From a virus (Duplodnaviria > Caudoviricetes), in IMG/VR virus record IMGVR_UViG_3300031565_000048, positions 1 through 52,513 of that record: a stretch of DNA of 52,513 nt, one strand, 5' to 3'. Positions within the stretch are counted from its first letter, which is position 1. The number at the start of each line of letters is the position of its first letter. Below are positions 15,203 through 25,366 of this stretch, one piece after another. The translations under genes were made by a program, and so were the position numbers. A model generated the notes under the pieces. That model was not told where the DNA came from and made no database searches. It saw only the letters and a list, made by a program, of their open reading frames with translations.

Positions 15203-17890
15203 TCAGCGGACGTAGAGGCGCCTCGGCTTCGTGAAGGTGCGCAGGGCTGCGTGGGCAAGGTCACCCGGCCAATCGCGTCCGTCTCCGATGGGAATACAGA
15301 GGAAGTAGTCGACGTAGATTTCGTTGCCGCCGCCCGTGTCTTTCGTCACCACCATACCTATGGTATTCAGCCCCGCCACGTCCTCCTCAAGTATGTCGAA
15401 GACCTCCCCATAGTACCCATACGCAGACGCCGCAGGCGCAGTGACGGTGAACTCGCTGTTCTGCTCGCCCCGCTGCTCACCATCCGTAGCGTTGGTGACC
15501 CTCAACGCTATGTCGTCCGCCACCTGGAACTGATCCGCCACACGGAAGAAGGCGAAGTACCTTCCAGCGGGCAGGTCGGTGCCAGCAGTGAAGTTGTATC
15601 GGACGTACTCGGTTATAGCGTCCAGTATCACGCAATTACTCACGAGGGTCGTCCCTGCGGGTATGATGTGTATGGGGTTGCCGAGGCTGTCCTGCACCGT
15701 CACGTTGTTACCCGCCGCCGGGGCTAGTTTCAATATGTAGACGCGGTCGAAGTCCTCCGTGCCGGGAACCACGGCGACGCCGTTCAGCGTGATCGTGTCC
15801 GTCGTCCTGACGCCGCCCACGTCGCCGATGATCGTCAACACGTTGCCCACATCCGCCCCCGCGCTGAACGCCTGCAAGTTCGCTGACCCAACCGCCGGCT
15901 CCCCGAACAGCCTCGCCGCCCCAGCGCCCAGCGTAGCGTCCTCAGCTTCCTTGAAGAGATTAGCGACAAGAGGGAACGGAGTTAATGATAACCAGAATGT
16001 GTTTTCTAATGCTGTTGCGGGGCTGAAGGCATCCGCCACAAGCAGACCACCAGTAGAAGTAATAAATCTTAAGGGGGCACTATTTGGTTTTTTGTTCATA
16101 GATACCGTGAAAACAACGGCGTCACCATCATCAAATATTAATAAAAAGTTGTCTGTGAACGTGGTATTTGTTCCAGATACAGATACATCCTCGTCACCAA
16201 TTTTACCATCTCCAACATATCCCCACCTCATTTTAGGAATGTTCGATAAGTTTCCAATTTGGGTGGGTTGTTCTGGTTGAATGTTGGTGATGATACATTC
16301 TAAAGACCATTTTCCCCTCTGAAGCGATATGGTCATAATTATATAAAAATTATTATCGTTAACCGCTGTCTCCGTGAACTTTAGCCGTATACTTGTTTTT
16401 TCGGGGGAAACCTGATTCACCCCAAGTAGATGAACATACCTTAAAGAGATGACGTCCGTTTCGAGAGCCATATTTATGGTTTTAACTGGTTGAGCCCATA
16501 CTGCCCCCGTCCAATAATATAGTTTCAGTCCATCAACACCCGCATCTACGTGAAGCCTCAACAAACCGTTTTGTAAGTAAGCATCAGACGCGAATTCGTG
16601 ATCTTCATCGTAAACACGCTGTGAAGTCGCTAACGCCGGATCTCCATCGTAGAGACACACATCCCCATCCCCATAGTCCGCGTCCGTGAAGTCGTACTTC
16701 AACGCGAAGAGGGCGGGGTAACTGGTGCGCAGGTAAGTGCTTATCGCCTCAAGGCCGGAGCCCACCGAATCGCCGAACCATATCTCGTTTGCAGTTATGA
16801 TCTGATACGCCGGGTAGCCCACCTTGAAGAGCAGATCGCTTATGTCGTAGGGGCTCGCCTGGGTGCCAACGGTGTCATAGAGTTCCTCCTCCGTCGCCGC
16901 CTCAGCGGTCGCCCGGCTGGCGCCGTGCTTAGCGTAGACGTGCATGTGCCTGTCATCCGCCGGGGCCGCCTCGCCGGCGTGGCCGTCGTGGAAGACGAAT
17001 CGGAATATCCAGAACTGGTCGGCGGTGGTGCTGAAGATGCTGTCGCCGTCTGCGGTGGAACCGTCCCACAGAAGCGTGTTGACGCCGCCCACCTCCTTGT
17101 ATAGCTGCAGAATTAGGCCGTTCTGGTCTACGAAGTGTCGTACCATGATGAAGTTTGGATCATTTGACGGTGTGGTTAACTCCTTCTGGTCTCGTATGTA
17201 GAACTCGAAGTATATGTCATAAGTTGGCGTAGTGGTGTCCGCCGTCGGGATCTCCAGCTCAACCGTTAGCTCCGCCTTGTTCATCAGAACAAAGGGGTGA
17301 TGGTTGTTGATCCAGCCATATCTCAAGGTGCCATCGGAGTCAGATTCGCCGCCCATCTCCAGCATGCCCGTGACCACGCCATTGATCCGTGCCGTGAAGG
17401 TGACTATGTCGGCGTCCCAGTCCTTCTTAAATTGGCCCTCAAGGACCTCGCCGACGAACTCGCAGCCCCCGCAGAGCGGCAGGATAACCTCGTTGCCGTC
17501 CTTGCCGACACGCTTGAATACGTCGGGGCTGAGCACCCGACGGCCGATGGCTATCGTTCCGAGGACGACGGCGGTGCTATCCCTGATCGAGACGGTGCCC
17601 GCACAGACAGCGTCTAGGTAGGCCTCGAAGACCTCGGTGAAGTCCAGGGCTCCATTCACCCATGTGGTGCCGTTAAGCGCGAAGCTCTCTGAGACTGGGG
17701 CTCCGGCTACTATGCCATATACCACAAGGTTCTGCGTGTTGTCAACGGCATTGCTCGACCTGGCTTCTATACGAGTGCTCGCCACCGCCGGAGCCGTGAA
17801 AACGGATTCGACGAGGTTATAGTCGACGCCGTTATGAGTTATTTTCAGGTTCTGACTTGAGACAGGTAAACCTATTTCCGCCATCGGCAT
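15203..17890 (-). CDS. Large tail-tip or adhesin protein
   Basis: 895 aa, beta-rich, last gene of the tail module. Has an internally repeated domain of about 80 aa. Confidence 0.65.
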   Translation of the reverse strand: MPMAEIGLPVSSQNLKITHNGVDYNLVESVFTAPAVASTRIEARSSNAVDNTQNLVVYGIVAGAPVSESFALNGTTWVNGALDFTEVFEAYLDAVCAGTVSIRDSTAVVLGTIAIGRRVLSPDVFKRVGKDGNEVILPLCGGCEFVGEVLEGQFKKDWDADIVTFTARINGVVTGMLEMGGESDSDGTLRYGWINNHHPFVLMNKAELTVELEIPTADTTTPTYDIYFEFYIRDQKELTTPSNDPNFIMVRHFVDQNGLILQLYKEVGGVNTLLWDGSTADGDSIFSTTADQFWIFRFVFHDGHAGEAAPADDRHMHVYAKHGASRATAEAATEEELYDTVGTQASPYDISDLLFKVGYPAYQIITANEIWFGDSVGSGLEAISTYLRTSYPALFALKYDFTDADYGDGDVCLYDGDPALATSQRVYDEDHEFASDAYLQNGLLRLHVDAGVDGLKLYYWTGAVWAQPVKTINMALETDVISLRYVHLLGVNQVSPEKTSIRLKFTETAVNDNNFYIIMTISLQRGKWSLECIITNIQPEQPTQIGNLSNIPKMRWGYVGDGKIGDEDVSVSGTNTTFTDNFLLIFDDGDAVVFTVSMNKKPNSAPLRFITSTGGLLVADAFSPATALENTFWLSLTPFPLVANLFKEAEDATLGAGAARLFGEPAVGSANLQAFSAGADVGNVLTIIGDVGGVRTTDTITLNGVAVVPGTEDFDRVYILKLAPAAGNNVTVQDSLGNPIHIIPAGTTLVSNCVILDAITEYVRYNFTAGTDLPAGRYFAFFRVADQFQVADDIALRVTNATDGEQRGEQNSEFTVTAPAASAYGYYGEVFDILEEDVAGLNTIGMVVTKDTGGGNEIYVDYFLCIPIGDGRDWPGDLAHAALRTFTKPRRLYVR

Positions 17891-17954
17891 GTCATTTCAA
17901 CTCCTTTAACGATTCTTCCTTCCCATATGACATTGTGTGGAAGTAATCAGCCAT

Positions 17955-18377
17955 CTATATCCCCCAATCCGAGACTGCTGCTTCGAGGTCCTTCAACGCA
18001 AAGCCCGCTACGTAATAGGTGACGGTTCCGAGGAAGAATAGGTCCACGGTGAAGGCATAGGTGGCGCGGTCGGCACCCATGGGTGTCTCGTCCTGGAAGA
18101 GGCTGAAGCTCCTGAGCAGATACCAGCCTGTTATCGGGCGGTCGCCATGGCTGAACTGCACGTACTGCGTGTTGCGCAGCTCCTCGTCCATATCCTCTCC
18201 AATGGGACGCCGCCCCGGAATGTTATGTATTGCCGTGCCCGTCCGGCATAGGGCGAAGAGCTCCCTCATGCTATGCAGATCCTCGTCCCGGTCCACGGCG
18301 CCCCCCAGGACCACCCCGTACTGACTGTAACGATACTCCTCCGGAATATCCACTACAGCTACGCCGATCTGTGTCAC
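17955..18377 (-). CDS. Minor tail protein (distal-tail-like)
   Basis: Position in the tail module. Motif GWYLLRSFS...YAFTVDL. Confidence 0.5.
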   Translation of the reverse strand: MTQIGVAVVDIPEEYRYSQYGVVLGGAVDRDEDLHSMRELFALCRTGTAIHNIPGRRPIGEDMDEELRNTQYVQFSHGDRPITGWYLLRSFSLFQDETPMGADRATYAFTVDLFFLGTVTYYVAGFALKDLEAAVSDWGI

Positions 18378-18394
18378 ATCAATTCACCTCATGT

Positions 18395-20872
18395 CTACGC
18401 TGTGAACCACCGCTCAAGAGTGGCCGTCTTGCTCATATAAGCCCAATACTCAGCCGCCTTCATCTGGTTGCTAAACGAGGCGCTTACCTGTTCACCGTCC
18501 GCGCCGTAATCCCTTGAAAGCTGGATGATCCTGTGAGAGCCAGAGATCTTCAGGGCGCCATCATCCCACTCGGCCACAAGGGTCACGCTGTCACCGATCT
18601 CTATATCCTTCGGATCATACTCGTCGAGGAAACGCCCCGTGATGCGAAGCGACACAGCATTCCGTCTCTGAAGCTCAATGTAACCCCGCTGTACCGCCAT
18701 GCTCACCGTAAGTATGTCGGCGTCCCGAAGCGTCTTCCAGACTTCCTGGCCGAAGGCGGCGATCTCCGTGGGATCCTTCACCGTTCCCTCGACTCGGACT
18801 CCGTCCACGGTTCCGCCGATCACCTTTATGCAGTTCGCGTATCGGTCCCAGTCAAAGGTATTCTCCAGAAACTTTATATTCGGCTCAACAGTGGGGTAGT
18901 CCGCCGTCTTGGCACTTTTCAGCACCACAAGGTTGGACTTGTCACTACCCCGCCGAGTTGAGAAGTAAAGCGTGTAGACGCCACCGGCCTTCTCCACCCA
19001 GAACTCGGCACCAGCGAGATCGGCGAGCCTTGAGACGCCTATGAAGCAGTCCTCATAGTCCGTGTCCATAGTAACCTCGTCAAGGCGCTCCGAAATAGCG
19101 AAGGCCGAAACGTATGGCTGTTGGGCAACAAGACGGTACAAATCACATTTGACCTTGACAACGTTCTCAGCCGGGTCCAAGCTGCCGTCGTAGTGCAGGT
19201 CGTAGGTCGTCTCGATGCCGTCGAGGAGCAACACGTTAGCATTATCGAGGATGCTCCAGTCGTCGAGGACCTCAATGTTTTCAGAGGTAAGTAGCCCCCA
19301 TTGAACCCCGCTAGTGGTAACGGCGTCCGCTCGGAACGACCCGGAATTGGAGAACTCGTGGAGCCTTATCCCCGTCGGCGGGAAGAGTATGAACCAACCG
19401 TCAGCGTCTGAGTCTAATGCACAGAAGAAAACCCCTAAGTCTCCTTCCTCCGCGAAGGGGTTAGATCCTCCAAAAATTGTGCCGGAGGGATACCACATAT
19501 AAGTGGATGTTACTGGCCAAGTAACATCACCCGCCCCTCCCAACTTAATGACAAAGGACCCGGCTGGTTGGTTATAGATCAGGTAAGCCGCTTCACCTGC
19601 GTCGCAGCAGAAGCTGAAGCTACCATCATAATCTCCAACTGTGCCAGAGTACCGACTGCTCCATACTGCTCCAAAAAGGCTGTAAACATAGATCGTGGTT
19701 CCGTCGCGAAAGCAGACCCAAGGGTTGTAATAGTGGTGGCTTACCGTGGCCTGCAGCGCGTCTATGTCGCCGGTGGTATCACAAATCTTTCTGGTGCGTG
19801 TGAATGAGGGCACCGACTTATCATACAGCCACTCCTCCAAATCATCGACAACATCATTCAATACGAAGCCGATCATGTCGCCGGCACCATACAGAATCCT
19901 TCTAGGGACTACTCCCCAAAGGTTGTGGTCTGCCGGACCCACGAATCTGGCGTTCCAACTCGCCCCGTCGTCTTCAGACTCCCACGCCCGACCATTCGCA
20001 ACTTCCTCGACCACCCAGATATGTCCTTCGTTGCCCCAGACGGGGCCGAACCTCATCGCATTCGGGTTCGCAAATATGTCTCCATCTCTCCAAACGAAGT
20101 TAATCACACCATCCGGGTCGTTTATCGTGCCCCTGTAGAGGTCAGTGACGTTCGCAGCACCCTCAAAGAAGAGGTAAACTTTGTTGTCATGCCAGGCCAC
20201 GCTGAAGTGGTTGGACGGGCAGGCGTATGGGGTGACCACCCGTGTCCATGTTACGCCATCGACGCTGCGGTCGTAGCAGATGTCGCCGCCTTCCCGGTAG
20301 AATATGTAGAACCGCTGCGTCGTCCCGTCGTAGAAGAAGCAGTTATGCAGCCCCCCTGCACTGTATGACTGGATGGTTCCCGTGCGAAACTCGTTGTTTA
20401 TCTCGGGGTCGGTAATGGCAAACTCGATGCAGGTGTCGGTGTAAAGCTCGATGTCCCTGAGGAACTCTAGGCTCGTCTCCCATTCCTCTAGCTGCGATAT
20501 GTAGGCGAAAGCCCCATCTATTGGGGCTATGGCGTGCGGCCAGTTAGTTAATATGAGGGCGAGGGCGGCCGCCGTCGTCTTGTCTACGATGCTCTGAGCG
20601 GGCGTCAGGTAGTCCTGGAGCATAATCGTGTAGTCGTAGCCCTCCACGGTCATACCCGTCCCCTCGGCGCCGAAGCGTATTTTCGGGGTCTGAATCCGCC
20701 CGCCGAATATTTCGATGTTGTCTCGCTCGATCGTGGCCTCAGCGTATCCGGCCAAGTCCTCGGCCACGCGGAGCGTAGCCCTAAAGCTGTCGAGGGTACT
20801 GACGTCCCATTCAACATTCAACTGGCCCATGTGCGGCTTCTCGACGCCTTCGATCTTGATCTTCCCGATCAC
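18395..20872 (-). CDS. Tail hub/minor tail protein with inserted beta-propeller-like region
   Basis: Follows the tape measure gene. IFGGRI and IEIGDSVTL hub motifs. BNR-like SxDGVTW and SEDDGASW. Confidence 0.7.
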   Translation of the reverse strand: MIGKIKIEGVEKPHMGQLNVEWDVSTLDSFRATLRVAEDLAGYAEATIERDNIEIFGGRIQTPKIRFGAEGTGMTVEGYDYTIMLQDYLTPAQSIVDKTTAAALALILTNWPHAIAPIDGAFAYISQLEEWETSLEFLRDIELYTDTCIEFAITDPEINNEFRTGTIQSYSAGGLHNCFFYDGTTQRFYIFYREGGDICYDRSVDGVTWTRVVTPYACPSNHFSVAWHDNKVYLFFEGAANVTDLYRGTINDPDGVINFVWRDGDIFANPNAMRFGPVWGNEGHIWVVEEVANGRAWESEDDGASWNARFVGPADHNLWGVVPRRILYGAGDMIGFVLNDVVDDLEEWLYDKSVPSFTRTRKICDTTGDIDALQATVSHHYYNPWVCFRDGTTIYVYSLFGAVWSSRYSGTVGDYDGSFSFCCDAGEAAYLIYNQPAGSFVIKLGGAGDVTWPVTSTYMWYPSGTIFGGSNPFAEEGDLGVFFCALDSDADGWFILFPPTGIRLHEFSNSGSFRADAVTTSGVQWGLLTSENIEVLDDWSILDNANVLLLDGIETTYDLHYDGSLDPAENVVKVKCDLYRLVAQQPYVSAFAISERLDEVTMDTDYEDCFIGVSRLADLAGAEFWVEKAGGVYTLYFSTRRGSDKSNLVVLKSAKTADYPTVEPNIKFLENTFDWDRYANCIKVIGGTVDGVRVEGTVKDPTEIAAFGQEVWKTLRDADILTVSMAVQRGYIELQRRNAVSLRITGRFLDEYDPKDIEIGDSVTLVAEWDDGALKISGSHRIIQLSRDYGADGEQVSASFSNQMKAAEYWAYMSKTATLERWFTA

Positions 20873-23232
20873 ATGGTAACCCCCCTCTTTCTAAGCTCCC
20901 TCACGGCCTCATCAGCGAACTCGACGGCGTAACGCCTCGCATCCTCCGATGACTCCATAGACCCCACAGTCACATTGATGTTGATGTCGCCACTCCCTCG
21001 CTCCGCCAGGGCACCCCGGGGCGTGACGCTCACGTACTCGGACCCAGCTTCGCCGGCGAGGAAATGAGTCGGCTTCGTCACCATACCCTCGAATCCGTGT
21101 TGGACTGCGAACCTCTCGGCGCCGCCCCACGGACCCTCCGGAATGTATGGTGTGGGTGGCGTCGGCGCTGGGGGCGTTGGTACGGGCGGTGCTGGTGCAG
21201 GAGGCGTTGGCGCCCCATCTCTGTCTCCATCTCTTGGCGGTGTCGGCGCGGGGGGTGTTGGCGCAGGCGGTTTAGGCTGTGCAGGAACCTCTATTTTCTT
21301 GAGGCCGAGCAGTTCCTTAAGCCAGTCTGGCATCCAGTCAAGGAACGTGTCCGCGGCGCCCTTAAGAGTGTCAACGATCCCGTCCCCGATGGCACTGAAG
21401 ACCTCACGCCAATCTGTTTCTCTAATATGCTCGCCTATATAGTACCCGATGTTTTGAGGGGCTTTACTGATCTGCTCAAATATCCATAAGGGAAGGTTAA
21501 CGGCAAACGATCCCAGGCTCTTGAAGACGGCGGACCAGTCGACCGTGCCCACCCATTCAGTGAAAGCCGTTTCTATGTCCGGCACCGCCTTGCCGAAGAG
21601 CCAACCCCAGAAAGCGTCCATCCAGTCGCTTAGTCCGCCGAAGACGGTTGACCAGTTAACGGTTCCGAACCAGTTGAGGAAGGCGGTGCTTATGTCCCCG
21701 GCCCATCCCGCGACTTTATCCCATAGATAAGTGACGTATCTTTTCAGGCCGCCCCACACCTCGTCCCAGTCTGTGGCGTCCCACCAGTCAACGAAGAACG
21801 TGGCGATGTCGCCGGCCCACCCTTTGATCGTATCGAATAGACCCTCAGTGAAGGTTTGAAGTCCACTCCATACGGCGATCCAGTCAATCTTGCCCCACCA
21901 AGCGATGAAGAAGGACGCTATGTCCCCAGCCCAACCCATGAATCTCTCGTAGAGGGTTCCGAGGAACGCCCTGGCTTTAGCCCACACCCCATCCCAATCG
22001 ATCTCGTTAAACCACTCCACGAATTTGCTTGATATGCCGCTGTAGATTTCCTCTATGATTCTGAACGCTGCGTCCCAGTCGCCCTCCGCGAGGGCGCCCG
22101 CCACATCAAAAATCTTAGTTGCGAAGGTGGCGAAGTCGTCGATAAGGTCGCTGATCACTGGCATCCAGTCCTCAAATACGGTTAACACGCCGAGGGCGTA
22201 AGGCATCAGCCGCTCCCCTAGACTCACAGCCATCACCTGGATGCGAGACCCCGCTATCTTCATACGCCCCGCAAACGTGTCGAGAACCAAGTTGACTTTA
22301 TCCTGCGCCGACCGCATCTGCTCAAGGTCTCTCTGAGTCTCGTAGATGCTTTCATCATAGCCAGCGAGACCGAGGATGGCTTTCTGGGCTCGCATGTCGA
22401 ACTGCCCCAGCCACTCGTTGACTGCCTTCTGGTCATCTCCGAATCCCTGTAAGACCTCACGAACCTGCCCCATGATGTCGTCCAGACTCCTCATCGAGCC
22501 GTCCACATTATAGAGTTCGAGTCCTGCCTTGTCCGCCTTCGAAGTCATGTCAAGAAGCATGCGGTTGAGGAATGTCCCGGACTCCTGGGCACCGCCGAAC
22601 GTTTTGTCAAGTTGCACAAGGGCAGCCATCGTCTCCTCCATGCTGAGTCCCATGGCGTTAGCCGTGGCCCCTACGTTTGAGAGGCCCGCCGCATAGCCCC
22701 CTGCGGCGTCTATGCCTGCGTCAGCGGCAGCCGAGAACATGTCGATTATGTGGGTTGCGTCCTCAGCTTCGAGGCCGAACATCGTCATCGCCGATACGAG
22801 CATGTTGGAGGCTTCAGCAGTACCCATTCCTTCGAGAGCCGCGAGCTGCAGCGCCCCCTGAAGCGCTGTTATGGCCTCCTCTCCCTCAAGACCCGCCTTC
22901 ACGAGGGCCTCTAGGGCGACTACGGCGTTCGTCGCGCTTATCCCGAACTCGGGGCCCGCCGCCTTGGCTGCGTCAGATAAAGCGGTTTCAAGGTTCTTCG
23001 CCTCCTCACCGGTCTTACCTGACGCCGCTATGATTCTGGTGAGGGCTTCCTCGAAGTCGGCAGCCGCTTTGATGGATAACCCCATCCCCGTCACGGCGGC
23101 GGCGCCGGCGACCATGACGCTCTTCGCTATGATGCCGAAGACTGACCCTATTTTACCTCTAAGCGAGTCCAGTGTCTTACCTGTCTCATCCTTAAGCCGC
23201 AAACGGCCAGTGATTATCGGTCCTTCACTCAA
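20869..23232 (-). CDS. Tail tape measure protein
   Basis: TP901-type core, Trp-periodic repeats of about 38 aa, a PAPTP-rich linker, and AGEAGSEYVSVTP. Confidence 0.93.
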   Translation of the reverse strand: MSEGPIITGRLRLKDETGKTLDSLRGKIGSVFGIIAKSVMVAGAAAVTGMGLSIKAAADFEEALTRIIAASGKTGEEAKNLETALSDAAKAAGPEFGISATNAVVALEALVKAGLEGEEAITALQGALQLAALEGMGTAEASNMLVSAMTMFGLEAEDATHIIDMFSAAADAGIDAAGGYAAGLSNVGATANAMGLSMEETMAALVQLDKTFGGAQESGTFLNRMLLDMTSKADKAGLELYNVDGSMRSLDDIMGQVREVLQGFGDDQKAVNEWLGQFDMRAQKAILGLAGYDESIYETQRDLEQMRSAQDKVNLVLDTFAGRMKIAGSRIQVMAVSLGERLMPYALGVLTVFEDWMPVISDLIDDFATFATKIFDVAGALAEGDWDAAFRIIEEIYSGISSKFVEWFNEIDWDGVWAKARAFLGTLYERFMGWAGDIASFFIAWWGKIDWIAVWSGLQTFTEGLFDTIKGWAGDIATFFVDWWDATDWDEVWGGLKRYVTYLWDKVAGWAGDISTAFLNWFGTVNWSTVFGGLSDWMDAFWGWLFGKAVPDIETAFTEWVGTVDWSAVFKSLGSFAVNLPLWIFEQISKAPQNIGYYIGEHIRETDWREVFSAIGDGIVDTLKGAADTFLDWMPDWLKELLGLKKIEVPAQPKPPAPTPPAPTPPRDGDRDGAPTPPAPAPPVPTPPAPTPPTPYIPEGPWGGAERFAVQHGFEGMVTKPTHFLAGEAGSEYVSVTPRGALAERGSGDININVTVGSMESSEDARRYAVEFADEAVRELRKRGVTM

Positions 23233-23641
23233 CTTTTACTCGCCTGCTTAACGCCTTCCAGAAGTTTCCCTCGATCTGCTTGGATGCCCATATGATCGCC
23301 GGCCTCATGTATGGCTGTGGCCTTTGCCTGCTTGTGCCATACTCAACATAAATCGCATAGTCGACGAGCCGCTTAGTCTTCGGGTTCACCACATAGCCGC
23401 CTGCCCTGATCCCCACGTAAGTGATGTTACCTGCGGGCCACGCGTGGCGTTCTTTACGGATGCTCTTCTGTAGTGACCCCGTGTCAACAGCGACAAGTTC
23501 CTTAGCCCGATCCCGTGCGGCGTCAGCACCCTTATCCAGAGCCTCCACGACGGATTCCTCGAATGCCTGAGGCATATCTGAAGCTAGGTATCTACTGTAG
23601 TTGTCGAGGTTATCCCATTTTATAGAAAATCTGAGACTCAT
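23225..23641 (-). CDS. HK97 gp10-like tail component
   Basis: VDTGSLQKSI...YAIYVEYGT...QPYMRPA. Confidence 0.85.
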   Translation of the reverse strand: MSLRFSIKWDNLDNYSRYLASDMPQAFEESVVEALDKGADAARDRAKELVAVDTGSLQKSIRKERHAWPAGNITYVGIRAGGYVVNPKTKRLVDYAIYVEYGTSRQRPQPYMRPAIIWASKQIEGNFWKALSRRVKVE

Positions 23642-23644
23642 CGC

Positions 23645-24362
23645 TTATCTTCTACTCCTACGGCTCTGAATGATACGCCTATTACGCTCCGCAAGGCCTT
23701 CCTCAAGGAACGCATATTGCTCAGGATCCACCCGTCGAAGCTCCCCGAGCTCGCGGAGAGTCATACCGGTGACGCTGCATAGCTCCATATAGAACTGGCC
23801 GACATTACTCCTTGCGAAAGGATGTGGCTTCCCCCACCTTTTCCAGGGTCCCGTAGACGCTTCTCAGCACCATCGCGACGACGACGTCGTCGCCGACGTC
23901 ACCTGATCTCAGGTACTCGTCCAGCCCCGGCGTCACACATATCTCCGCGGCAAGCTCCTTCAGTCCTTTGATGGCTTCATCGTATTTAGAAAGATCCTCC
24001 CGACCCTGCCCAAGCATCTGGTTCATCCTCAACGCGTCGCTGCGTTCACTGCTCGTCATCAGCCGGGTCTCAACGGCGAAGTCACCGAGGTCATCCCTGA
24101 ACACCGTCTTGAACACCGTCTTCTCGGTTCGCCGCATCAACCGGTCGCGGATGGATAGTTGCGCCGCTGTGTCGGCGGACTCTTCATTCTCCTCCGTATC
24201 CACGGCGCCCTCAAGCCTCGCCTCCCGCTCAATGTTTTCCTCTGCACGCGTCTTCTTCTTAGGGGCCTCTGGTTTCTCCTTTTCCTTTGGCTGGGTTTTC
24301 ATTGTCTTAAGCTTACGCTTAAGCTGTTCCTCTGATAGATCTAGGTCACCTATTTCATTCAT
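23645..24362 (-). CDS. Tail assembly chaperone. Short form 23805-24362; long form via +1 frameshift ends at 23645
   Basis: TCC TTT CGC at 23822-23814. The +1 frame is open to TAA at 23645. Confidence 0.7.
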
Positions 24363-24380
24363 CTCTATGTTTCCTCCACT

Positions 24381-25079
24381 CTAGTTATCTCTAATTCGTC
24401 CTTTTTGATACTCTTTATTTTCATGCCTTTTTATCCAGTTGCAGTTTGCACATAATAACTGGTATTTATGTTTGCATTCTGGGTTTTTAATAATGTTTTT
24501 CATTACGTGGTAATTTCCACCTTTTTTGAGTTCCTTTTTTCCACCACCACATACGTGATCTATTTGTAAAACTCGATGATCGGTAATACCACATCTTTGA
24601 CATTCGCCGCCTAGAATTTTTAAGATCTCTAAACGCATCTCTTTGCGACGATTCCTTGATTTTTTATTATCCGTTTCTTTATTCATTTGGTGTCGCTTCT
24701 TTGCGTAAAGTAAATTTCTATCTCTATTTTTCTGATAACGATCTCTTGACTCTTGAAGAAGTCTAGGTTCGTTTTCTTCGCGGTGTTGTTTTTGATAATT
24801 CTTTATTTTATCTCTATTCTCTAAATAATATTCCTTTGCCTTGCTTAGTCTTTTGACCTTGTTTTTCTGGCAGTATTCTTTCTTTTGTTTTAATATTTTG
24901 TTTCTATTTTCTAAATAATATTGTTTTTGTAGCTTTTGTCGATGCGTCTTTTCTGATTCTGTGTATGCCCAATAACGACAAACTGCACTCTGTCTATCCC
25001 GTATATTATAAGCCTCTTCTAGTACACTGAACATCGGTCTTTCAATTAGTTTTTGAATGAACTCGCTATTATATTCCAT
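24381..25079 (-). CDS. HNH endonuclease (homing-type)
   Basis: CQRC...LQIDHV...LLCANCN with a basic repeated N-terminus. AT-rich. Confidence 0.85.
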   Translation of the reverse strand: MEYNSEFIQKLIERPMFSVLEEAYNIRDRQSAVCRYWAYTESEKTHRQKLQKQYYLENRNKILKQKKEYCQKNKVKRLSKAKEYYLENRDKIKNYQKQHREENEPRLLQESRDRYQKNRDRNLLYAKKRHQMNKETDNKKSRNRRKEMRLEILKILGGECQRCGITDHRVLQIDHVCGGGKKELKKGGNYHVMKNIIKNPECKHKYQLLCANCNWIKRHENKEYQKGRIRDN

Positions 25080-25350
25080 CTTTATTCTCCTTATTTTTCC
25101 GCCATAAAAGATATTCGTCGTACTGCTCTACTTTGACGATTCGAAGATGGGTGGTCGAAAAGGTCTTGTACACTACCCTGAACTCCGGGATCATGCTCAG
25201 ATGCTTCTTAAGCCGCTGGTAGTCGATCCAGTTCATAGATATGACGAAGGCGGCGGTCCCTGCGAACAGGGCGTCCTCCTCAGTCATCTCCTCCTTCAAC
25301 TCGTCAAACGTGTATCTTCGGATACCTTCTCCGATTCTTACTTTCTCCAT
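25069..25350 (-). CDS. Hypothetical protein
   Basis: 93-aa ORF in the tail module. Confidence 0.6.
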   Translation of the reverse strand: MEKVRIGEGIRRYTFDELKEEMTEEDALFAGTAAFVISMNWIDYQRLKKHLSMIPEFRVVYKTFSTTHLRIVKVEQYDEYLLWRKNKENKDGI

Positions 25351-25366
25351 AGTCTCAACTCCAAAC

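Noticed and set aside
15203-20872. Diversity-generating retroelement acting on tail genes
   Set aside because: No reverse transcriptase and no template/variable repeat pair was seen.
21150-21285. Short GC-rich tandem repeats
   Set aside because: They encode the PAPTP low-complexity linker of the tape measure protein.
24381-25100. Recoded end duplication around the HNH gene, as seen for the Vsr-like nuclease
   Set aside because: There is only a vague (E)NKE similarity and no alignable DNA repeat.
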